NCBI GenBank assembly: GCA_030550155.1
Contig: JAUQPZ010000001.1
Span: 974 to 64,973 of the forward strand
Direction: 5' to 3'
DNA from: Thermoproteota archaeon
Lineage (GTDB): Archaea; Thermoproteota; Nitrososphaeria_A; Caldarchaeales; Calditenuaceae
Length of the DNA stretch: 64,000 nucleotides
Of the stretch, positions 1 through 8,194 are shown one piece after another (the first letter of the stretch is position 1; each line of letters starts with the position of its first letter). The position numbers and the translations under genes are program-made. A model generated the notes under the pieces. It was not told the DNA's origin. It saw nothing but the letters and a program-made list of their open reading frames with translations, and searched no databases.

Positions 1-936
1 GACATAGCCTGGGACTAGTAGCGTGGTTGCGGCGAGCACGGGCAAGCCAGGCCTTTTGTCATAGAAGGATCGATAGACCATTTCGAAATTCTCTAGTATC
101 CTCTTGTTGTCGAGGCCTGTTAGTGCTTTATGGATGTTGGGGTTGAAGGCTTTGAGGTCGAATTTGACGTTCCCGCCGCTCTCCAAAACGGTCTCGACCA
201 CACGTTTAACTAGGAATGGGTTGCCGTCACCATTCCATTCATAGCATATCCTCAACACTCTGCCTAAGGGTTTTTCCTCGTGAATCCTCCTCGAGGCCTC
301 TATTGCGAAGGTCAGCTGGGGCTCAGGTGAGCCGCCAAACCAGCACCAGCAAGAGATCTTTTCGTTCGAGAGTGTCATGTCTATGAGCTCGTCCACGGAG
401 ACCTGTGGAGCCTCGCCGACTTTTTTATGGGTCCAGTTCTGGCAGAACAGACAGTTTAGTCCGCAGCCGTAGAAGAAGAGGGCCAGGTTGTAGTAGCCTA
501 TCTCCGGGCCTCTCGTGCATGCATATCTCGGGTAACCTGCACCTGTGCCGGGTGGGCAGAAATAAGCGTTGCAGCAGTTGGTGACATGCGGGTCCAAGTA
601 GTAGTGGAGCAAGGCCTTACCGCGCTTCATCAGCGTATACATCCGGCCGCCACGGTTCCCACGTATGCCACAGTAGCCGAGCTCGCCTTCCCCAATTACA
701 CATCCTGCGGCACAGAGTGTGCAGGGTATCCCGCCACTCGTCCTTGGAGGTGCCGGGGGCAGACCAAACATTCTCCTACTTGACGCATGCCCTTCAGCGG
801 CAATCTTCAGGGCCTCTTCAGGACTTTCCCTTAGACATTTAACACAGACCCTCAAGGCTTTAGAGACTGTTGTCCCGCCCATGCATAGATGGCAGCGGGT
901 AGGCAACCCGTCCTGACCTATAACATGCCTAGCCAT
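1..936 (-). CDS. radical SAM enzyme (PflA/AmrS-like activase family) with N-terminal Cys4 zinc ribbon; partial, C-terminus lies beyond window start
   Basis: Absent from the ORF track because it runs off the window. Own translation of the minus strand from ATG 936..934 gives MARHVIGQDGLPTRCHLCMGG..CVKC..CTLCAAGCVIGEGELGYCGIRGNRGG..FFYGCGLNCLFCQNW (CX3CX2C radical-SAM motif). The frame stays open to nt 1 (312 codons). Confidence 0.8.
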   Translation of the reverse strand, partial: MARHVIGQDGLPTRCHLCMGGTTVSKALRVCVKCLRESPEEALKIAAEGHASSRRMFGLPPAPPRTSGGIPCTLCAAGCVIGEGELGYCGIRGNRGGRMYTLMKRGKALLHYYLDPHVTNCCNAYFCPPGTGAGYPRYACTRGPEIGYYNLALFFYGCGLNCLFCQNWTHKKVGEAPQVSVDELIDMTLSNEKISCWCWFGGSPEPQLTFAIEASRRIHEEKPLGRVLRICYEWNGDGNPFLVKRVVETVLESGGNVKFDLKAFNPNIHKALTGLDNKRILENFEMVYRSFYDKRPGLPVLAATTLLVPGYV

Positions 937-1050
937 AATTAAAAATATGTAGGCCTATTCAAGGAGGCAGTGGACGGCTTCTATCCTTATCCCCATAATA
1001 CATCTCCCTCCCTCTAGTGCTGTCATCGGCCCCAGCTGCTTCTATGAGGC

Positions 1051-1344
1051 CTAGCTGGTCTTCCTCAACCTACTCACAAACTCTTGCGTGGGTATTGCGC
1101 GGAGGGTGGTAATCTTCACAGTCCCCCGGCTACCCAGCATAACAGAGACCCTGGCCACAGTTATGTCATCAGGCGCCTCAACTATCGTAACAAAGTCGTA
1201 GGGCCCAAGAACAGCGTATTGATCGATTATCTTCACACCCATCGCCTCAACCTCCCTGTTGACTTCAAGGATCCTCTGAGGGTTTTTACTAATCGTTTCT
1301 AGTCCCTCGCAAGTCACATTTGAGAGAAGTATGTACCGCGGCAC
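1051..1344 (-). CDS. GYD-domain protein
   Basis: 97 aa. EAMGVKIIDQYAVLGPYDFVTIVEAPDD..GSRGTVKITTLRAIP fits the GYD family pattern. An A+T box (tatttatag, ~1366-1374) lies about 25 nt upstream on the minus strand. Confidence 0.75.
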   Translation of the reverse strand: MPRYILLSNVTCEGLETISKNPQRILEVNREVEAMGVKIIDQYAVLGPYDFVTIVEAPDDITVARVSVMLGSRGTVKITTLRAIPTQEFVSRLRKTS

Positions 1345-1497
1345 GTCTAGATGAGGGGTGGCATCATATTTATAGACTCTGGAGGCTTGAAAAAAGCTTG
1401 GTCATCGACGCTCCGGCACATCGTGGGACATGTTTCGGCTTTGGTGATGGGGTCAAGGATATATATTGTTGGAGTGAGGTGTATGTAGCTTCAGAGG

Positions 1498-1824
1498 GTG
1501 TTAGTGTTGGGCTGGGTCTTGAGCCGTGAGCCGACGCCCGTCTGCAACCCTCTCTGTAGATTCTTCCGCTGCAAAAAAATGCTGTCCGCCGGAAGATATG
1601 CACTCGATATTCACCGGGACCCGCCGTGGTGTCACTGGGTCAGCGCCCCATGCATTGGCTATAGATGCCCTTACGCCAGCTGCGCTCAAGTCAAGCTTTT
1701 GCCTGACGGGAAGTGCGGCCTCTTTGTCAAGAGGAGGACAGAGGAGTCTACCCCGGAGGAAGCTGTCCCCAGGCTTGGACTAACGGAGAAGAGTAGGAAG
1801 AGGCTGGAGGACCTCGGCCTCTGA
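1498..1824 (+). CDS. small cysteine-rich hypothetical protein (8 Cys, possible metal binding)
   Basis: 108-aa ORF starting at GTG 1498, about 30-35 nt after the A+T box gatatatatt (1458-1467). Cys spacing is CNPLCRFFRC..WCHW..CIGYRCPYASC..GKCG, with a charged C-terminal tail. Competing ORFs in other frames look like high-GC noise. No family recognised. Confidence 0.4.
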   Translation: MLVLGWVLSREPTPVCNPLCRFFRCKKMLSAGRYALDIHRDPPWCHWVSAPCIGYRCPYASCAQVKLLPDGKCGLFVKRRTEESTPEEAVPRLGLTEKSRKRLEDLGL

Positions 1825-1878
1825 GCGGCTCATCTACAAGATATTATTTTCAAGCTTGCGCCTCTCTTAGGAGTAGAT

Positions 1879-2634
1879 ATGGATGCAGGCGTCATAAGCA
1901 TTATACCTGTCAGGGGCATTAAACTGATTGCTCCCGGCGACTCTCTTGGGCTAGAGATCGTGAAGGCAGTCAAGTCGTCCGGAGTGGGTCTCCGGGAAGG
2001 AGACATAGTAGTTGTTAGCCACGTCGTTGTCTCGAAGGCTGAGGGGAGGCTTTATCGCCTCTCTGAGCTCGCTCCAACTCCTCAAGCAATAGAGATAGCG
2101 GCCATAACGGGGAAAGACTCGGCACACGTAGAGGCTGTTCTAAGAGAGTCTAAGAGGGTAGTTAGGATAAGGGGGGAGGTAATCATAACAGAGACGCGGC
2201 ATGGCCTGATATGTGCAAACAGCGGTGTCGACCTCTCAAATGTCGGCGAAGGAGTTGCTGCCGCACTCCCCGACAACCCTGATGCCTCTGCTGAGAGGAT
2301 AAGGCTTGAGATCGAGAAGGCCGCGGGCGTAAGGGTGGCCGTTATCATTTGCGACTCTCATGGCAGACCATTTAGACGCGGCGCTGTGAATATAGCGATA
2401 GGCTGCAGCGGCCTGGAGCCTATCTGGGATAGAAGGGGAGAGCCCGACCTTTACGGACGAGTCCTCAGGAGCAAACAGATATGCGTGGCCGACGAGCTGG
2501 CCGCTGCCGCGGAGCTAGCTATGGGTCAGGCGGCTGAGGGGATTCCAGTAGCCATCATACGTGGATACAAGTACATACCGGGCGTTGTCGGGGCCTCCCA
2601 GATCATCAGGCCTAGGGAGGAGAGTCTTTTCTGA
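1879..2634 (+). CDS. cofE: coenzyme F420:L-glutamate ligase (CofE family)
   Basis: 251 aa. VVSHVVVSKAEGR and IITETRHGLICANSGVDLSNV match the CofE signature region. A+T box at 1838-1851 upstream. Confidence 0.8.
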   Translation: MDAGVISIIPVRGIKLIAPGDSLGLEIVKAVKSSGVGLREGDIVVVSHVVVSKAEGRLYRLSELAPTPQAIEIAAITGKDSAHVEAVLRESKRVVRIRGEVIITETRHGLICANSGVDLSNVGEGVAAALPDNPDASAERIRLEIEKAAGVRVAVIICDSHGRPFRRGAVNIAIGCSGLEPIWDRRGEPDLYGRVLRSKQICVADELAAAAELAMGQAAEGIPVAIIRGYKYIPGVVGASQIIRPREESLF

Positions 2635-2654
2635 GCCAGCGCTCCCCGAGACAC

Positions 2655-3371
2655 GTGGGAAAAAGGTATAGGATGCATCACATGATGGGCGACTTAGACT
2701 TGAGGGTTCTAAAGGCCGCCCTGCAACTTAATTCAACAAGCGTAGGCTTGATAAGCGAGGTGACAGGCTTATCCAAGCAGATAGTTAGAGACTCGTTAGA
2801 AAGCCTGGGTCTGGAGAGCGTTGAAGGAGATGTTCGGTCAAGCTTAGTCGAGGCGACTCTAAGGTGGGTGGAGAGGGCTCGGGCTTTTGAGGAGGCGTCG
2901 AGGGCTCTTACATGGGAGCTTTATGAGGCTCTCGTCTCGGGGATTTTGGAGAGAGCAGGGTTCTTTGTTGTAAAGAATTTGAGGGTAGTGATAGGTCGGA
3001 GGAGGGCTCAGATAGATGTGGCGGCTTTGTCGGGCTCAGCGCTTTACGTGTTCGAGTGTAAGAGGTGGATGCGGAGCTTAACCGGCAAAATGGCCATGAA
3101 TGAGGCTAAAAAACTGAAGAGGCGAACGGAGCTTCTTTGCGAGGCTTTAAAGTCTCTATTGGGGGACGGCACATACACATACTGTGTTGTACCTATCCTC
3201 GTCTCGCCATACGTGGCACCGGGCATCGGCGATGCCTTTATAGCACCGTTAAGGTCGCTTCTCAGCCTCCTCTCATCTCACCCATCAACCCTCCCCTCTC
3301 CGCCTGCCTTCAAAATCCAGCTTGGGAGGGAGCTGACTCCTGACCTGCTGAAAAAGCTGAGATCATCTTAA
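2655..3371 (+). CDS. winged-HTH plus PD-(D/E)xK (restriction-endonuclease-like) domain protein
   Basis: 238 aa. The N-terminus has an HTH-like stretch, LISEVTGLSKQIVRDSLESLG. The core GFFVVKNLRV..RAQIDVAAL..LYVFECKRW gives a D..ExK nuclease motif. The exact start among several Met codons is uncertain. Confidence 0.6.
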   Translation: MGKRYRMHHMMGDLDLRVLKAALQLNSTSVGLISEVTGLSKQIVRDSLESLGLESVEGDVRSSLVEATLRWVERARAFEEASRALTWELYEALVSGILERAGFFVVKNLRVVIGRRRAQIDVAALSGSALYVFECKRWMRSLTGKMAMNEAKKLKRRTELLCEALKSLLGDGTYTYCVVPILVSPYVAPGIGDAFIAPLRSLLSLLSSHPSTLPSPPAFKIQLGRELTPDLLKKLRSS

Positions 3372-3502
3372 ACGAGAGACAGATTGTTGAATGCAGTCTG
3401 TTATGACTTAAAGCTCTAAAATTGCGGATAAGCTGCTGAGAACGCATCGCTTTGTTCAAATAAATATATATGGGAAACTATGCAACAATTGTATTGGTGT
3501 AA

Positions 3503-4075
3503 ATGTATCGTTCTACACTTTCAGTAAATGGCGACATCGCCAAGGAGTTACTGTCCCTCGCGAGAGAGAAAAACATGACTCTTTTCTCCCTCACCAACCA
3601 GATCTTGGAGACGGCGATCATGTTCATGAAGATGGGGATCGATTTTCAGGGGCTGCGCAATCTGGTCAGTGTCATGAAGATATTGAAAGATGTGGATGCA
3701 GTTGTAATCCCCTCAGACTTTCTGGACAAGCTTATCGCTGAGCTATACAAAAACAATCAGAAGGAGCTGCTAAACTCGTTTAAGCAGCTTGGGATGGAGC
3801 TTGCAGAATATTTAAAGCTGGAGGCGCCCAACGTTGAGAAGCTGGTCTCGCTGGCTCAGACGTTATCAACATTCTTTCCATTGAAGAGGATAGCGCTTCG
3901 AAGGCTGAACCATACTACATACGAGCTGAGCGCGGTAGGTGTTGGCGGGAGGCAAGAGTCCACGCTCTGCGTCTACAATTTTGTTGAGGGCGTGCTCGAG
4001 AAATACGGGTTGGAGATACAGGATAAGAGTATTAGTAAGGGACTGATCAATATTAAATTTTCGGAGAAATTCTAG
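3503..4075 (+). CDS. hypothetical protein (possible RHH-like N-terminus; C-terminal part weakly V4R-like)
   Basis: 190 aa in an A+T-richer stretch. A+T box aaataaatatatat (3458-3471) lies just upstream. STLCVYNFVEGVLEKYGLE resembles the C..G.l.G motif of V4R small-molecule-binding domains, but this assignment is weak. Confidence 0.55.
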   Translation: MYRSTLSVNGDIAKELLSLAREKNMTLFSLTNQILETAIMFMKMGIDFQGLRNLVSVMKILKDVDAVVIPSDFLDKLIAELYKNNQKELLNSFKQLGMELAEYLKLEAPNVEKLVSLAQTLSTFFPLKRIALRRLNHTTYELSAVGVGGRQESTLCVYNFVEGVLEKYGLEIQDKSISKGLINIKFSEKF

Positions 4076-4083
4076 AAGCCTCT

Positions 4084-4551
4084 TTAGGCCGAGACCTCCC
4101 TCAGGTCTTGAAGGGCTCTAATACAGTCCTTCTCGGTAATTATTCCCTCTAGCATCCCGTTCTTTATCACAGGTACACGCCTAATGTTCTTTTCAACCAT
4201 AATAGAGAGAACCTCGGACAGCGGAGTCTCGGGTGTACATGTGATTAGCCCCTTGCTCATCACTTCCTTTACGAGTATTGATAGGAGTTCCTCGGGCCCC
4301 CTACAAGTCAGCAAACATCTAAGGATATCCCTCTCCGTAACTATGCCTATGGGGCTATTCCCCTCAACAACAACAAGCGCGCCCACGTTATTCGAGAACA
4401 TCATCTCAAGAGCTGTCCACGCGGTATCATCAGGCCTAACAGTCACTACAAACCTGTTCATCACGTGTTTGGCTAGGATTTTGCTTTCGGGGCGCATGTA
4501 TATCATATTATTGTTTATCGAGGTTAAAAAAGTTTCTTTCAAACTTATCAC
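4084..4551 (-). CDS. CBS-domain pair protein
   Basis: 155 aa with two CBS repeats: VVTVRPDDTAWTALEMMFSNNVGALVVVE..IGIVTERDILR and LITCTPETPLSEVLSIMVEKNIRRVPVIKNGMLEGIITEKD. Confidence 0.85.
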   Translation of the reverse strand: MISLKETFLTSINNNMIYMRPESKILAKHVMNRFVVTVRPDDTAWTALEMMFSNNVGALVVVEGNSPIGIVTERDILRCLLTCRGPEELLSILVKEVMSKGLITCTPETPLSEVLSIMVEKNIRRVPVIKNGMLEGIITEKDCIRALQDLREVSA

Positions 4552-4584
4552 TTAATTAGGAAGAGTTAGACCAATGATTAAGGA

Positions 4585-5433
4585 GTGAAGGTAAAGGTCG
4601 GATTAATACAGATGAGGATGTCTGACGATGTCTGGCAGAATTTGGAGAAAGCCCTGTCCATGCTTGATGAGGCCGCATCGCGGGGAGCACGGGTCGCTTG
4701 TCTTCCTGAGCTGTTCACCACCAAGTATTTTCCACAGACCAGGGGGGTCGCGACATCTGGCCTAGAGATTTCACCTGAGATTGTGTTGAGGAGGATTTCA
4801 GAGCTTGCCGGGAGGCTGGGTATGGTTGTCGTCGCAGGCTCAATAATTGAGAGGGAAGGTGAAGCGCTTTATAACACCTCCTTCGTCATAAACTCTGACG
4901 GAGCCGTTTTAGGGAGGTATAGAAAGACTCATTTGCCCGATGACGAGTGTTTTTGGGAGGAGCACTACTTTGCTCCGGGCAACCTGGGGTACCCTGTCTT
5001 TAACACCTCGGTCGGCAAGATAGGTGTCTTGATATGCTTTGATCAGTGGTTCCCTGAGCCCGCAAGGATTCTCGCATTGAGAGGTGCTGAGCTGATACTC
5101 TATCCTTCCGCGATAGGCACGGTGGCTGGGGTTTCGCAGGAAGAGGGCGACTGGGCTGAGGCGTGGGAGGCCGTGCAGAGGGGACATGCAATCGCTAACT
5201 CTGTCCCGGTGGCTGTAGTCAACCGTGTAGGTGTAGAGGGGCGGATTGAGTTTTGGGGAAGATCTCTGCTCATCGATGCTTTTGGGAGGGTATTGTTGAG
5301 GGCTAAGCCTGTTGAGGGGGTCTTCGTGGGAGAGGTTGACCTAGGCCTTGGGAAGAGGATTAGAGAGGGTTGGGGATTCATGGTGAGGAGGCGGCCCGGG
5401 CTATATGGTGATATCTCGGAGCGGGTATCTTAA
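4585..5433 (+). CDS. aguB: N-carbamoylputrescine amidase (carbon-nitrogen hydrolase family)
   Basis: 282 aa, GTG start. KVGLIQM, ELFTTKYF, HLPDDECFWEEHYFAPG and VLICFDQWFPE (catalytic Cys motif) are typical of AguB/CPA. It overlaps the downstream agmatine deiminase gene by 29 nt. Confidence 0.85.
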   Translation: MKVKVGLIQMRMSDDVWQNLEKALSMLDEAASRGARVACLPELFTTKYFPQTRGVATSGLEISPEIVLRRISELAGRLGMVVVAGSIIEREGEALYNTSFVINSDGAVLGRYRKTHLPDDECFWEEHYFAPGNLGYPVFNTSVGKIGVLICFDQWFPEPARILALRGAELILYPSAIGTVAGVSQEEGDWAEAWEAVQRGHAIANSVPVAVVNRVGVEGRIEFWGRSLLIDAFGRVLLRAKPVEGVFVGEVDLGLGKRIREGWGFMVRRRPGLYGDISERVS

Positions 5434-6466
5434 CGCTGAGGTGTATAGGGCGCCCGCGGAGTGGGAGAGGCATAGATGTACATGGCTTGCGTGGCCTCAC
5501 AACCCCGATACATTCCCTGAGCCCATCCTTTGGAGGGTCGAGCAAATCTACTGCGAGATGATACGCGAGATCAGCAGAGGGGAGGCCGTCAAGATCCTGG
5601 TAAACGATGAGGCTGAGGAGAAGAGGGCTGAGAGACTTCTCGACCAAGCTGGTGTAAACTTGAGCTTGATCGAGTTTCACCACGTAGTTACGGTGGATGT
5701 ATGGGTGAGGGACTACGCACCTATTTTCGTGGAGAGGATAGACCAGGGTATCTTGTGCGGCATTAAGTGGAGGTTCAATGCCTGGGGGATGAAGTACGCT
5801 GACTTAGCGCTTGACGACGCGGCTGGTCGAGAGATCCTGAGAATCTCTGGAGCAATGCCTGTGGAGAGGGGGGTGGTGGTCGAGGGTGGTGCAATAGATC
5901 TGTCGGGCGACGGACTGCTGATAACAACTAAGGAGTGTCTGTTAAATCCCGCAAGAAATCCAGGCGTCTCGTTGGAGGAGGTTGAGGCGGAGCTGAAAAG
6001 TTTTTTGGGGGTGGAGAAGGTGCTTTGGCTTGAGAGAGGCGTTGTGGGGGACGACACAGATGGCCATGTAGATGTCTTCTGTAGATTTGTCGCGCATGAC
6101 ACGCTATTACTCTTGAAGGAGAGAAGGGAAGGCGTCAACAGGGACATCCTTGAAAAAGCTGCACAAAGGATAGAGGATTTCTCATTTAAGAGTCAGAGGA
6201 GACTGGAAGTCCACAGAGTTCCTGCCCCCGCTCCCGTAAAAGTTATGGGCCAGTATGTCCCCGCCTCTTACCTCAACTTCTATATCTCCAATAGCTCAGT
6301 CTTAGTTCCCTTGTTTGGTGTCCCTGAAGATGAGGAGGCCCTCGCGACGCTGGAGGAGTCTTTCCATCACCGTCGGGTCATCGGGATAAGGTGTCCGGAG
6401 CTGTTTTATGGCCTCGGCGGCATCCATTGTGTCACCATGCAGCAGCCTGAGACTAATAGTGGCTAA
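5405..6466 (+). CDS. aguA: agmatine deiminase
   Basis: 353 aa. PAEWERHRCTWLAWPHNPDTF, GDDTDGHVD and the C-terminal GGIHCVTMQQP (catalytic Cys) are hallmarks of the agmatine deiminase/PAD family. Confidence 0.9.
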   Translation: MVISRSGYLNAEVYRAPAEWERHRCTWLAWPHNPDTFPEPILWRVEQIYCEMIREISRGEAVKILVNDEAEEKRAERLLDQAGVNLSLIEFHHVVTVDVWVRDYAPIFVERIDQGILCGIKWRFNAWGMKYADLALDDAAGREILRISGAMPVERGVVVEGGAIDLSGDGLLITTKECLLNPARNPGVSLEEVEAELKSFLGVEKVLWLERGVVGDDTDGHVDVFCRFVAHDTLLLLKERREGVNRDILEKAAQRIEDFSFKSQRRLEVHRVPAPAPVKVMGQYVPASYLNFYISNSSVLVPLFGVPEDEEALATLEESFHHRRVIGIRCPELFYGLGGIHCVTMQQPETNSG

Positions 6467-6473
6467 TAGGGTT

Positions 6474-7193
6474 TTAGGAGGTGAATGTCAGTAGACTCTT
6501 CAAGACGCCAGACGGCCCAAGAGCTTGTTTCAGCCTCTCCCTAACCTCCTCCAGCATGACTATTGTGAACACGCCCGCCAACCTAGCTCCAGCCCTGTTA
6601 ACTATTCTTATGAGGCCGCTGATGGTCTCGCCGCTCCGAGCCACATCGTCAATAATGAGAATCACGTCGCTTTTTCTCAGGACACCCCTTGGCACATAAA
6701 GATATTCGACAAGCGCTGGTGCGCGCTTTATCGGCTCCTCGAAATAGCTCTTAATATTCAGGTCTTTTCTCTTCTTAGCAATTACCAACTCAGCCCTCAG
6801 CTCCGCCGCGACCTGAACCGCTAAGGGTATGCCGTCAGTAGCAACTGTCAGGAGTTTATTAATTGAGAAGACCCTAAACTCGTTGCACACAACCTTCGCC
6901 ACGAGGCGCAGAAGACCCACATCCGTGACTATCGCGGAGAGGTCGTAGAATCCCTCCTCGGTTCTCGAGAGCCTTTGCCTAACAATGTCTGAGAGCAGTG
7001 ACTCATTGAAGAGACCCACAATCCTCTCGGCACGAGAGGTGTTCGGCAGAACCCTCCCATTGATGTATCTGCTCAGGACCGAGACTTGAAGCCCCAGCAT
7101 CTCGGAGAGAACCTTATACCCATACCTCTCCCTTAGATAGGAGAGGACCTCGACAGCGCTGAGCCTCAAATACAGATCGGAGATTTTAGTCAA
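6474..7193 (-). CDS. HTH plus phosphoribosyltransferase-domain protein (PurR/GfcR-like putative regulator)
   Basis: 239 aa. N-terminal HTH LSEMLGLQVSVLSRYINGRVLP. C-terminal PRTase PRPP loop VILIIDDVARSGETISG. Confidence 0.7.
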   Translation of the reverse strand: MTKISDLYLRLSAVEVLSYLRERYGYKVLSEMLGLQVSVLSRYINGRVLPNTSRAERIVGLFNESLLSDIVRQRLSRTEEGFYDLSAIVTDVGLLRLVAKVVCNEFRVFSINKLLTVATDGIPLAVQVAAELRAELVIAKKRKDLNIKSYFEEPIKRAPALVEYLYVPRGVLRKSDVILIIDDVARSGETISGLIRIVNRAGARLAGVFTIVMLEEVRERLKQALGPSGVLKSLLTFTS

Positions 7194-7288
7194 CCACTGA
7201 GAAGCCCATGGACTCTGGATGATTTAAGTTTTCAAGCCAAAGAAAAGGGCCAGAAAGATAATTATGCTGCCTAGGTCCTTAATCGTGT

Positions 7289-8194
7289 GTGAAATTAGAA
7301 AGCTTCAAAGGAATAATTGCAGCCACCATAACTCCCAACAACATAAACACTTCAGACCTAGACAACTACTTGAGCTTTCTCCGGGAGAAGGGCGTCAGAG
7401 GCGTATTCGTCTTAGGCACAATGGGAGAGGGCGCTAAGCTCTCGTCGGAGAGACGAAAAGAGGTCGCGGAGGCCTATATGAGGCGCGCCAGCCAGGACCT
7501 TCTAAGAATAGTTCACGTGGGGACGACGGACCAAGAGACAGCCATCAACTTAGCGCGGCACGCCGAGGAAATATCAGCAGACGCTACCTCAGCCATAGTG
7601 CCATATTACTACAGATACGACGCCGAATCTCTGGCCAACTTCTTCTCAGCCTTGGGCGCCTCCTCCAAGCTTCCGCTCCTCGTCTACAACAATCCGGGCC
7701 GGCAGGGATATCAGCTCAGCGTAAGCGACATAGGGAAGATCTTCGAGCTGGTACCAGCCGTGCGGGGGATTAAAGACACGAGCGGCGATATCGACATGAT
7801 TACTGAGCTACAGTCAAGCTTTGGGTCAAGCCACCTGGTTGCGTGCGGCGGAGACCATCTTCTCCACTACGCCTTTACGATCGGCGTTAGGGCGCATGTA
7901 AGCTCGCTTGCATCAATCTATCCCGAGCTGGCTGTCGGGATTTTCAGGGCGGTCGAGATGCGGGACCACAGGGAGGCTCTGAGAATCCAGCTTGCGGTCA
8001 ACAGGGTTAGGAGGCTTCTCAGAGCCGTCGGCCCGGACACGGCTTCTTATCGTTTCGCTCTTCTTCTCAGAGGATTTGACCTCGGCCCACCGCTACCCCC
8101 CACCCGCAGCCTCAGGGAGGAAGAGAAGGAGCTTCTCACGCGCGGCCTACAACCTATAAACAGGTTGGCCGAGGAAGTGGGAAAACATGGCTGA
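7289..8194 (+). CDS. kdgA: DapA-family aldolase, likely 2-keto-3-deoxy-(6-phospho)gluconate aldolase
   Basis: 301 aa, GTG start verified at 7289. GVFVLGTMGEG, PYYY and RGIKDTSG (Schiff-base Lys context). It overlaps a PfkB KDG-kinase-like gene by 8 nt, as in the archaeal branched ED pathway. Confidence 0.75.
   Translation: MKLESFKGIIAATITPNNINTSDLDNYLSFLREKGVRGVFVLGTMGEGAKLSSERRKEVAEAYMRRASQDLLRIVHVGTTDQETAINLARHAEEISADATSAIVPYYYRYDAESLANFFSALGASSKLPLLVYNNPGRQGYQLSVSDIGKIFELVPAVRGIKDTSGDIDMITELQSSFGSSHLVACGGDHLLHYAFTIGVRAHVSSLASIYPELAVGIFRAVEMRDHREALRIQLAVNRVRRLLRAVGPDTASYRFALLLRGFDLGPPLPPTRSLREEEKELLTRGLQPINRLAEEVGKHG

Noticed and set aside
586-916. Two 65-aa plus-strand ORFs at the window start
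   Set aside because: They lie antisense to a continuous 312-codon minus-strand radical SAM gene with clear motifs. They have no motifs of their own and show typical high-GC antisense ORF composition.
1370-1783. Competing ORFs 1370..1603(-), 1501..1689(-), 1526..1783(+) overlapping the Cys-rich ORF
   Set aside because: Their composition is Arg/Ser/Ala/Pro-rich with no promoter geometry. Only the 1498..1824 frame has a well-placed A+T box and an ordered Cys pattern, and even that call is tentative.
5713-6147. 144-aa ORF antisense to agmatine deiminase; likewise 14738..15229 (antisense to ROK kinase), 37375..37779 (galK), 39540..39917 (kae1), 41837..42235 (nop5), 43089..43457 (rnhB), 54154..54558 and 54610..54966 (ABC ATPase), 58332..58757 (ECF-S-like)
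   Set aside because: All are shadows of well-supported genes on the opposite strand in a G+C-rich genome. None has recognisable domains.
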